NCBI GenBank assembly: GCA_016748015.1
Contig: JAAOMT010000057.1
Coordinates: forward strand, 15,228-79,227
Origin: Geosiphon pyriformis uo1
Taxonomy: Eukaryota; Fungi; Glomeromycota
Reading direction: 5' to 3'
DNA: 64,000 nt
Below are positions 13,481-24,714 of the stretch, in pieces. The first letter of the stretch is position 1; every line of letters begins with the position of its first letter. The translations under genes and the position numbers were made by a program. The notes beneath the pieces were generated by a model that made no database searches, was not told the origin of the DNA, and saw only the letters and a program-made list of their open reading frames with translations.

Positions 13481-13900
13481 TGATTCAGCCAAATTTATTT
13501 TTGCTAACAAAAATGTCATTAAAATTGTTGAGTAACATCTTGAGTTGCATCCATTGAAGTGGATCTAGATTCCCCATGTTCATCTGTTCCAATTGTTCTG
13601 ATTGGAGCAAGTAATATTCACTATGTCCATATATTGTTTGTGATGTGATGTCAACATATCCACAAAGCTGTGAAAAGTCTGAAATGTGATTTGGTAATTG
13701 ATCCTCAACTTCAGTGGTCAAATATTCAATAATAGTTCTCTTTGGTATTTCAATAACACTTCCAGTTGTGTTGTAGATAGAAATTTTGATGTTTTTGGGG
13801 CTTTTGGCTAATATGTAAAGATTAGTGAGTCCAATCTCTCCTGATTTGCAAATAGTGACTTCTGCTTTAAACAACTGAGCCTGATTCTTTACTTCTCTTT

Positions 13901-14420
13901 TTATATGTAACATATACTAGTTATATGGTGGAATGAAATTAATTGACAGTTTGAGATAATTTCTCTTTTGTCAATAACCTCTTCCTCTATTATATTAACT
14001 GGTATGTTTATTCTACCCATTGATCCAAATCCCTGTATCTTTTTAGCAGTAATCCCTAATTCTTCCCTGTTTCTCACTGACACTAATTGAGCTATTTTTA
14101 CCAAAGATAGGAATATTGCTTGTGCTATCTTTTCATTTGGCTCTATGATATAGGCCTTTTCAAAGTCATTTTGTAGCATAGCAATGATATTTCTCACATA
14201 CCTTGCATTAATTATTCCTTCTCTGATGTTGATTCCCTTTTTTGCTAGGCTACTCCCAAATGCTAATTGAACCATAGTTGTTGCTGGAATTTCCAGAGCT
14301 ATTTTGAGATCAATACATATGCACAAATTTGGTTCCAATTTAATGGCTTTTTTTTCTGGATATCTCAGATCAAACTCTGTGTTGGTATCATGCACACATT
14401 CTGGCATGATACCTTTATCA
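13901..14420 (-). pseudogene. Trimeric-type dUTPase domain within Gypsy pol
   Basis: Decayed dUTPase motifs: EFDL (AGFDL), GSSLAKKG (RSSLA), GIINARYVRNI (GIIDAGYVGNI), KIAQAIF, TAKKIQGFGSMG (RG..GFGSTG). Confidence 0.9.
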
Positions 14421-14659
14421 TTGTTACTATACTATTTGAGTTCCTGCTCTTTAGATAGATTAGGAAGTGCAATATATATTTTGGGATTTGAATCAGAATC
14501 TGAATTGCTGATATTTTCGTTGTTATTTTGAGCAGAGCTAGAACTGGTGTTTTCATTATCATCATTGTCGGAGTTTGAATTGGGATCAAAAACTGATTTT
14601 AATTCCAATGTGCAGCTGCTGATTGGTTCTTTTTCCTCTGGAATCGTGTAGATTATGTA

Positions 14660-15310
14660 CGGTGGTGAATTGTAAATGAGATCACACTCATTACAATATT
14701 GAAAGTCACATAGAATCAAACAGTGGTCACATAGTCGAGTGTTTAACTGTACTAACCACTCTTCCTGTTCTTCTCTTGTGAGTGCTAATTGCTGGTAGTG
14801 TTCATGGAATTCTTCCGGGTTATTCTCAATGTTGCCAAAAATGTCAAAAATTTAGATGTATTTGGGTTTAAGAAGAGATAAAAGATTGTTCTTTATTTCC
14901 AGTAATTTGCTGGTTGTTGCACCTTCTGCTTTTGTATATGCCATTCTCTAAAGTTCATGTTTATTGTGGAGATATCTTTCCAATCATTGTAATGCTTTTT
15001 TCTATGTGTCATCGATTAGTGTTCTCTTGCATACCTAGTTGTTTATCAAGATGATGTACTAACATGTCTCATTGCACATTCCTCTTTGCCCAGGAATGTC
15101 ATTCCACATTTCTTTGTCAGACAAGATTGTTCCACATACAAGACATGATTGGTTGTCCTACTTTCTTTGTCATTTTAGTTGTCCAAAGCACTTTATAACA
15201 CATGGGCGGCAGTAAAATCTGGTGGCAGTGGAGTATTCTTCATTATCGCCACAGCATGTGCCCATTGATGACAGTTTCTTGCCACAATTGATGCATATAA
15301 GCTTTGGTCA
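14660..15310 (-). pseudogene. Cys-rich putative zinc-finger region in pol, between protease and dUTPase
   Basis: Manual translation: LICINCGKKL...FYCRPCVI...SCLVCGTIL...GMCNETC...LCDHCLILCDFQYCNECDL. Confidence 0.7.
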
Positions 15311-15639
15311 ATAATAGTTGGTTGGTTGTAGTGGTGGGTGAGTATAAGTGGTATGGCTGTCTGTGAATGTTGATTCTTTTTCTTTTGTTTTTTCCTTCCC
15401 TTTTTCATTTTTATTCTCTTCCTACTCCCAATTTATCACTTCCTCTTGGTCTTTATTGGTTTCTCAGTTGTTGTTGATGTCTTAGATAAGTTCAGTTTCC
15501 TTTTGTTTCTCTTTTTCTTGGTCATCTCATGATATTATTGGCAGCAGTTCATTGTGGTCTTTGTCAGCCCACGAGACTTGGTAGGCTTCCCAGGTAGGTT
15601 TTTTTTTCTCCTCTTCAAACTCAATTAGGGGTGTTGTTG

Positions 15640-16030
15640 GGTTGGTCATCTTGAAGTGGCCACATGTGGCTGGTACCCATATGTGTTGACCGTTCTGACT
15701 GAGAGCCAGTTTTTGAGTCATCCAGTCAAGTACAGTGTTGGTTTTGGACAACCAGTCATTGCCAATGAGTGCCTAATATTGTGTTGCTTTCATCATGAAA
15801 ACTTTGATGGGTGTAATGATGCCATTGATTTCAATCAGTAAATTTTCAATTTTGCTGATTGGAGTTTTGGTTGCTCTATCAGCTGTGATGATGCGTGCAA
15901 TGGCAGCTCAATCAACTTGGCGACCTAATTGGTCTATGAGTTGTTTTGTGATAATGCTGCCAGCTAATCCACTATCTAATATTAGTTTGATAGACTGACC
16001 ATCAACTTTGGCATCCATGTACATGGCAGT
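15640..16030 (-). pseudogene. Retropepsin (aspartic protease)
   Basis: AKVDGQSIKLILDSGLAGSII (DSG motif), followed by an ALIGNDWL flap/C-terminal motif. Confidence 0.9.
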
Positions 16031-16239
16031 AATGGGTTTCTCCTCAAAGGCAGCTCCACTAAATAAAGGAGTTACTAATGGTTCTTTAAGTTCAAATGGG
16101 AAGATCGCAGCTAACAATTTGTTGTGGAAGATAGTTGTGAGTAGAATGTTGTTGGTAAGTGTCCTTTGGTTGATTTTCTGTGTACTGGGTGCAGCATCTT
16201 CTGGGCTAACCAAAAGACTTAAGTAGTTCTAAGAACTCA

Positions 16240-18350
16240 AGTTTTGGTTATACCCGGTTTTTGAACTCTACTGGCATGATCCTGATGGTTAATTTGATAA
16301 ACTGGGAATTGGTTGGTGAACCACTATCGCCAATCTTCAGTTTTGGGTTACTCTGGATCTGGGGTTTTCTAATGTTATTTGAACTGGGTTGAATGGTGGT
16401 GTTTGAACTACAAGTGCCTAATAAATTATTTGTGGTTGCAGTGGTTGATACATTACTGGTGGCTGTGGTTGATAGACTAGAGGTTAATATATGGGTGGTT
16501 AATATATTGGCTGTTGTGTTATTGGCAGGTAAGTCGGTTGATATGGTGCTGAGTTGGATTGGTAATTTGGAGTTAGGAACCAGCAATCGGGATTTTGATA
16601 TTGATTTCCTAATTGTTGATTATCTATTCTTAACCTACAGTCAATTCTTAAATGCCCTTGTTTACCACAGTAGTGGCAAACATGCATCTCCTGCTGTTAC
16701 TGCTGATTGGTCAAAGATGATATGCACAACTGATTCTAGAAACAATTCGCGTTTCCTTGATTATTGTGTCATTGTGGAGGTTGATAGATTGTCTGATTGT
16801 TAGCTAAGTATTCCTCTAATTTTTGGTTGATGAACTTACTGAATTGTTTTAACTTGGAATCCAATTCAGATGATCCATTCATCATTAGATTGACAGCTTG
16901 GACATGGTTAGCTTCGAGTTCAGCTGCTTCAAAATCTTTGGCATTGGTAACTGCAGCTTGAAGATCTGTTGGATGCATTGGATGTATGTGTTGGAGAATA
17001 CTACTATGCAGACCTCTAATAAATTGGTTTAGAATTTGTGGCACTGTGAAATAGTCAGTCTGGATTGCTTGAATTTGGCACAGATTCCTGTGGAAGCATC
17101 CTAAATAAGTAGTGACTGCTTCATTTTCTCCTTGTTTGATAGTGGTGAAAGTGTTTGCTAGTCAATTAATACTATTATTATTGTTGAAGTATTGTAGGAA
17201 TGCAAGCTTGAATGCATTATAATCCTGGAGTTTGTTAGTTAAGCTTTGATACCATGAGTCAGCAGTATCCTGAAGAAAATAAAGAAGGTCTACATGGCTC
17301 TGGCATCATTCCATCTATTGGCTGCAATGGCTTTTTCCGCTATACTTAGGCATCATCCTCTTTGCTGGTGAATTTTTCAATTTTGGCAATAGGAGCATAT
17401 GCCATTGGCACTACAATGTGTTATTGTGGTGGTTGAAGTGGCTGTGGTTGAATTAGTTTAATAATCAGTTCAATTGGTGGTTGATTTATGATGATATTTG
17501 GAGGTAAGTTTGGTTGATTGATTAAATCAGAGTTTAGAATATTCTGATTCTGCAGTGTTTAAATATTCTCGATTTTCAGATTTTTTTGATTTGTATTTTT
17601 CGGAGTTTGAACGTTCAGGATTTTAACTTCTGGGTTTTCTGGAATTGGGTTCTGGTAAGTAAATTCTTGATCTTCAGATTCTCTTTCTTCTTCCAATTCT
17701 GATGTTTCCTACAGATTGGCTATTCCAAAATCTGGTGGAGGTGGTAGTGATCGGATTTCTGATGGCGTTGATATTTGCGATTGAAATCCTTTAAAATATT
17801 CACCATATGGGCCTAGTAATTCTGTTTTCTTTTGTTTACTTTGGAATAAAAATTGTCTAAATGTTGATGTTGTATTTGATGTGGACACATTTGGTAATGT
17901 GATACAGATGGCGCTTCCAGAAGTATAATGATATGATGAATTTATAGGTGATTCAACTCTGTGTTTCTTCTAAGTAAGTAGTTGGATCCGTTGAGGTGTT
18001 ACTGTTGGTGTTTGTAGTTTTTCTTTGCCTTTACTTAAGTAGGTGATTGGGTATCTTTGTTGTGTGTGATGTTCAATTTTTTTGTTAATCTCAGTGATAA
18101 TAAATGTAAAATTATGATTTGTTGATAAGCTGGTGTTTTGTATTAATTTGTGGTAGAAAGTTCTCTTGCTGATTCAGTGTTTACTGGTGTTCTTAATAAA
18201 TAAGCAATTTTCTCATTGATGTAGAAATTGAAGGCTGATTCTACTGATATATGATTGTGATTTAATCCCAAGTGTTAACAGTAATGTTGAAATAAGGATT
18301 TTACAAATCCTAAATGGTTTGCTCCTATATTTTCTGATTCTGCCACTGTT
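16240..18350 (-). pseudogene. Gag (long N-terminal region, capsid, CCHC knuckle)
   Basis: QILNQFIRGL...AVTNAKDFEAAE capsid-like segment and CHYCGKQGHLRIDC zinc knuckle (about 16637-16678). Start codon not located. Confidence 0.85.
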
Positions 18351-18386
18351 GATTAGTTGTTAATGCTGGTTTTCTGTAGGATTATA

Positions 18387-18403
18387 CCTCACAGGGAGCA
18401 CCA
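18387..18403 (-). promoter_or_regulatory. Primer-binding site
   Basis: TGGTGCTCCCTGTGAGG, 1 nt inside the 5' LTR boundary. Complementary to a tRNA 3' end ...CACAGGGAGCACCA; the tRNA is not firmly identified. Confidence 0.85.
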
Positions 18404-18404
18404 A

Positions 18405-19228
18405 TGTTACAGATAATTATTTAGGGTCTCAAATCAAATAACAAATCCATAACTTGGTGCTTAATAACTTAACAAGGCTGGTGACACTAGTACATTGGTT
18501 GTATCTGAAGGTTTTAAAGTTGAGTTTTTTGTATAATAAACAGAGATTTAATTGATAGTTTTATCTATAGCTTTCCAAAACTGCAGTTTCATCAAATTTT
18601 TTTTCAGCATGATGGCCAGTAATCTTCTTGGTAAGCTATCCTCAAATCTATAAGTGTTTTACCCTTGTTTCACAGGTCTTTTACCAGTCCCTATGATGTC
18701 TGTATTTCAATACTTAATTCTTAATCAATTTTAGTAAAACCAAAGAAATAACAAAAAAAATAAAAGAAAATAAAAGAAGATAAAGAAATTAACAAAAAGC
18801 AATTACAAGTTAGTATTCTGTCAATAGTTGTGATCAAGAGCTATTATTCTAGTGTAGTTAAGTATCAATTACTATTAATATGAAGTATTAATAGTAGAGA
18901 GTGGATTGAGATAGTGAATAATTATTTATTAATATTTGTGATTTGGAAAGTTGCTTAGATAAAATCTAAACAGAGAGATCTTCTAACTAAGGATTTTTCT
19001 TTTTCTACTTCTAATGTTACCACTATATATACATAATTGATGTTCTACAAGATCACTAACATTTCTGAGCAATGTGCTATGATTTCTTGAGCAATGTTCA
19101 TATTGCTGAGTGATGTGCTCTAATTTTCTGACATTGCTCCACATTGCTGAGCAATGTGCTTATGTGCTAAATACTATTCTCTTATTGGTCTGCTATTTTC
19201 TATATCTGTTTTTTTTTTATGAGTAACA
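18405..19228 (-). repeat. 5' LTR of Gypsy family 1
   Basis: Direct repeat of 9269-10093, differing almost only by transitions. Contains a TATA-like GTATATATAG (about 19023-19032, minus) and palindromic U3 repeats. Confidence 0.96.
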
Positions 19229-22200
19229 CTGCCCAATGACAGATTGCACAGTTTGAGAGCATGTATAGTGCCAGCCAAAAAGCAATTTACCAGATCGACC
19301 AGTAACTTAATCGGAAATTTGAGAGGGTGCCAGGGCATCTAGCTAGTGGCCTGCAACTTCATCACTCTGTGTTTGAATAATTCACTGAGGATTCCATCAG
19401 CATTGGCAAATTTAACCAAACCAGCCAGCATATTCTCAGCCAGTATTTGCTTAAAAGTCCTCAAACTATATAGCTCTGGATGATACAAAGCTTTACTTGG
19501 AAAATTCTTGATCAGATTGGCCTTAAGCTTCAAACTCTTTCTTAACATTTTGTCCCACTTCTCACATACACTCTTGGAAACACAGCTGAACTGTAATCTA
19601 TATCCAATTATGAGCTGCAGAACAGCCAAAACCAAATACAGAAATTGTTTCTCAGTGATGGCTTTCTTTAAAACCACATTTGAAAAGAACTTGACATTTG
19701 AATGAGCTTTGGCCAAGCTTAACTTAGACATGCCATCTATAGAAACAAAAATCTCCAAATAATGGTGAGATTCACCCTTTTTGGCAATAGATATTTTAGA
19801 ACCACTGATGGACAATAAAACTTCTCTGGTCTCTTGATTGATAGGAATAGCAACTGTTTTGTCTGTGTTAATAATGATGTTATTCATCAAGAAGAAATCA
19901 CTTGCAATATCCAAAATGCATTGTGTTGCCACCAGGCAGTTCCCAACTCAAATAGTATCATCCACAAAAGCACCAGCTGCAAAGAAAAATGTTTTGCCAC
20001 CTTTAGACTCAGCTCTGCCAGTCTTAGTAAAAATTTTTAAATTCAACCTATATCTACACAATTGTTCATGCTTTTTGACCTCACAAAGCAAAGGATCATA
20101 AAAAATTCTCTACAGCAATGGTAAGAAAACTTCCCCTTGGTCCAACTTATCATAAACAGTGTATTCACTAGTCAGCCCAAAGTCTGTCATCATCTGATTG
20201 GTCCGATCATTGTGTATGTTTCCAAAAAATTCAATAAAATGGGAACACATCTTTATTTTAACTAAACTGTTCCATAAATATGGCCATCTGACTGAATTGT
20301 AAGCCTTTCACATATCCTGAAGTACCAGCCACAGTTCCCTATTCTTTTCAAGTGCATTCTTAATGATAGAGCCAATGGTAAAAATTGGAGTTTGAGTAGA
20401 TGTACCCTTCAGAACTAAGAAGTTATTACCATGAAAAACACCAAATTTACTACATGTCAGAGATATCCTGTCAGAAAGAATTTTAGACAGTATCTTCCAG
20501 GCTGTCTCAACTAATGCTATAGGCCTGGTATTAGTAAGTGTCCCTTCCCATTCATATGGTTTTGGTATCATAGACACTCAGACTTGCCTCTACTGTAGAG
20601 GGACTGCACCTAACTCCAAACACACATTGAGAAGACTTAACAAGCCACCCAGAATCTGAGCATCTCCATGCTTCCATAGCTCATTAGGAATACCAGAAAT
20701 GCCAACAGCTTTCCCATTAGGCAGGTTTTTAACCACCAGGAAAAACTCATCTGATCTAATCACATCTATTACACTCAAAAATGCATTATCACTAACATAG
20801 TCTAAAGACACATATTGGTTAGACCAACAAACAGGCAGAGAGGCGAGAGCAACTTTTTTTCTTGTCCACCCTTCCATAATATTATTAACAGCAGATTTAA
20901 CTTTCTCAAGTTCCAAAATTAATTTATTATTCACCACCAGATGATCTAATACCACTTTCTTAAATAGCCAGTCCAAAACACTCTTGATCATATGATCTTT
21001 ATTGGAGCTGAAGGTTTCCATGCATTTGTCTATCACTTTTCTGATTGAAATGTCCTTGGCAACCCTAGACTTATAGTATTTGGACTTTCAATACAATTTT
21101 TTAATTTTTGAAAGGTGTAACAAAATGCCCTCTCTACTTTCCTTATTATCAAACATTGCATGAACTTTAAATGCTCCCTTACTATTAAGAGTAGACCACA
21201 CCTCAAAGAGATGAGCAGCTTCTGACTCCTAATCTGAGCTCAAACACTTCACCAATTTGGTCACCAACAATTCCAGCTTAAAGAACTATAAAGACTGCTT
21301 ATTTTTTCAGCAATCAATCTTACCAAACCAATGTCTAGAAAACACACTATTAGCTGAGCTTGTAACCACTTTTTTGAGAATTCCCCACATAGTATCCAAA
21401 TTTTTATTAATTTTTACATTATTGAACATATCTACATACATCAAGAACTTGTCCAACAAATGTTCTCTAAATTGTGCCTACTTATCAGCATCTGCATCTT
21501 TGATCCTGAATTTCCACCTATCTTTATTGGCCTGCTTATACATATTACTAAGCTGAGCATCCAAAAGACCTCCCAAACTGATTGAGACCAAAACAGCATT
21601 ATGATTAGTATCAAAAAAATCAGACACAGAAGAAACTTTGTGACCAGCCAATGCAAATAACAAACTTTTGCTTACAAAAATGTAGTCGATAACCCTCACA
21701 GCACTCCAAGAATTGTCCTAAGTGGGAGCCTTAATCAGAGAGTGTCCTCTAAAGGAGTTGACCAACCCCAAATCTGTACAGAACTTAAAGCTAGCACTCT
21801 TCTTAATTCCATCTTCATTGAAATCACCATCCAGAACCACAAATGTAAAGAAGTTAGCAGCCTTAGCAATAAGAGAGTTGATTTCACAGACTTAACCAAA
21901 CCTGGTTTCTGCAGAAGCACCAGTGTATATGCCCAAAAACACTACAAACATCTTGCTCTTAAAAAGAAGCCAAATAGAAATAAGATGACCAGAAATCTTC
22001 TCAATCTTAGCCACATAACATACAAAAAAATTGTTCATAATAATAGCCACTTCAGTGCCAAGAAATTCTTTGTCCAAACCAGAAGAAAATATCCTCATTT
22101 TATTAAACTTATTTATAATCCATGGCTTAGTATTGGCCCTCAACTTTGTTTTCATGACAATAGAAACCATACTTCCAGAATTTACATGCCAACAAACAAT

Positions 22201-24220
22201 GTTTTTCTGCTTGGCAGAGACATTGATATTACAAACATTGCATGTTGCAATTTTCCACACCAGATTCATTATTGGGAATGATAAACAGCAGGAACCAAAC
22301 CAGCATTGTCTATTTTGGCCAAGAGGCCCATAACCATTATTGAAAGGTTGCACAATATTTCCTCCATTTTCGAAACAACAGAAACATCAAAACCCACTGC
22401 TCCCGGTACAGTCTCACCACTAGTAGCCACATCCAAACTCTCACTCATCACTATATCCACCTTTTGATTCTGTGATAAAGGAGTCATCAACAGCTGACAT
22501 CCAGGGCTAAGCTGAGAAACCATCAGCTTAGGTGCATCCAACTTCTTAGCCAGCTCATCAATGCACTCTATGAGGCTGGCGAGACTGCATTCAAGAATGG
22601 CAAACCTGTTATCCAATTCCGAAGACACCAATGGAGTGGGCTTTATTTCCAAAGAGGAGTCAGCATTCAACAAACCATTTTGAACAAGAGAAAAGGGGAC
22701 AGAAAAACTACCAGCAATCTGTGTCCAAGACATACCACTGAAAGAAACAGGACAAGCAACTGAAGCTGAGCATTTGGTATAAATGGCAGCCAGCCTACTT
22801 TTATCAGAATTTGAAAGAGTTTTCTGTGGTAAAGCACCAGAAAGAGAAGATTTTTTCTCACCAACAGGACAGGCCAAAGATGTATGATCCAATTTTCTAC
22901 ATCCAGCATACTTAGCTGAAATAAGATTAGACCAGTGCAGATTGGCCTCCTTTAAAACTGGCATGGTCTTTATAACAGTCTCTAATAATTCAGCAGAATT
23001 AAAACAAACAGTAGTGCATCTGAGTTGGGCATAAGTAACCAAATGACAATCAATAGTACATGTTTTCTTACCCATTGAAGTGACATAATCCCAAATATCA
23101 TGTGCATTGGTCCCTATTGGCAAAGTATATAACAGAGCTTTATAAACGTTTCTTGCATTCCATGATTTTTTGTCCACATCAGATCTGGCAACTTGCACTG
23201 TATTTTTCCCGATCAGGATAGATCATCTTGCTGCGACCAAATCAGCTTAATCTGATTGCTCAAATTCCACTATAGCTTTTTGCCACAGCCCCACCAATTG
23301 TATCTTGATTGACTTAATTATACCAAATTTGGATAGTGCAGTGTGCACAGCCTCAGCTGACATTTCAACTGGAATTTCTTTTACTACCACAGTCCAATCT
23401 AAACGACCAGTAGATTTCTTGAGATTAGTGTTTATTAAAATATCTACTGCTCTTGTTTTTTCTGTAGCCTGTGCCAAACTGGATTCAGAAGTGAACATTG
23501 CTCTGATAATCTCAGCAAATTTTGAGGAGGTAAAGGCCCCCCCAAAACCATTGATTTTTGAAAACAATTTTCTAATCACAGCCAACTTATCCTGAGCAGA
23601 TTTTCCAATCACTTTATCCAAGCCAATATTCAAAGCAAAAGATTTTCTGACAGAAACTGGGACCAAATTTTTTAAGAGAGAGGGGAGCTCTAGAGAGGTA
23701 TTCGAGAGAACATTATCATCATCATCATTATCATCATGACCTAAAAAATTTATCTTACTCAATGACTTGCCTAATGCCTTAGTAGTTTTAACACTTGGTT
23801 TTTTAGATGTATGCTCATGATCTCTATCCATTAAGATGCTTTTCTCACCATAGTCAAAGCTGGTTTCCTCAATCAGACATTCTTCCTCCATGTCAATGCT
23901 TTCAGATTTGGTGGTATCACCAGTCTCAGAACCCCAAGAATGATTTCTTGGCACCTCAGTAGACACTCCTTTGCTACCAATACCCTTCTCTAAAGTAATA
24001 CTCTTCCTTTTTTTCTTTGACAACACAGGCTTGAAACCACCACCAGAGCCAGAATCTTTAACAACCTTCTTCATGATGGCAATACTAAGACCAACAGTGG
24101 TCTCAAAATCAAAAAACGATTTGGTTTTATTGTACTGAATGTTGAAAAAACTTCTTTTAAAAAACTACTGACTCTTTTTTGGAAATTTTGGGATGAATAA
24201 AAAAAAGAAGTTTTTTTTAA
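19229..24220 (-). mobile_element. LINE copy B, 5' part (5' UTR, ORF1 24074-22269, ORF2 from 22269: AP endonuclease, RT)
   Basis: ORF1 has an RRM-like segment and a knuckle remnant. Endonuclease motifs KIATCNV, IDYIFVS, DTNH. RT motifs TRPIALVET, LWLVLQDM, AGAFVDDTI. Confidence 0.94.
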
Positions 24221-24714
24221 GTCAGTTAAAATTAAATTAAACTAAATTATTATTTAAATTAGAAATAATTATTGTTTATAACTAAATTTAATTAAAAATT
24301 ATGTTTAATATATTTATAAATATTAAAAAAATTAAATAAATTTAATATTTTATTTTTTACCAAAAAAAAGCTTTAAATTAAAAATATTGTTTTAAGAAAT
24401 ACCAAAAATTTTTTTTTTAATTATTTAATCAAATATAAAAATAATTATTGTAAGAAAAAATAAATTAATTATAAATATTATTAAATTTTTAACTATTTTT
24501 TTTAATAATAATTAATTTAATTTAAAAATTAATAATTTAATATTTGAAACAAATTTTTTTTATAATAAAAATTACAATAATTATTTATAATTAATTACTT
24601 ATTAAAATTATTAAATTATATATATTATTATTATTATTTTTAATATTTGGTTTATTAAAGCAAATAGATATTAATAATATTTATTCAATCTTCATTTACT
24701 ATTAATTTTAAAAT

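Larger units (their letters stand above)
9269..19228 (-). mobile_element. Full-length Ty3/Gypsy LTR retrotransposon (family 1), decayed: gag-PR-ZnF-dUTPase-RT-RH-IN-ORF3
   Basis: Two direct LTRs of about 825 bp with TG...CA ends, a PBS and a PPT. Domain order PR-RT-RH-IN is Gypsy-type. TSD inferred as CCGC (CCAC left, CTGC right). Confidence 0.96.

Noticed and set aside
18387-18404. tRNA gene fragment ending in CCA
   Set aside because: Only 17 nt next to the LTR. It is the PBS, with no cloverleaf.
21742-22333. Antisense or off-frame ORFs over LINE and Gypsy coding regions (also 16393-16803, 23305-23595, 50024-50287 and others)
   Set aside because: Shadow frames of decayed ORFs with no motifs and no conservation between copies.
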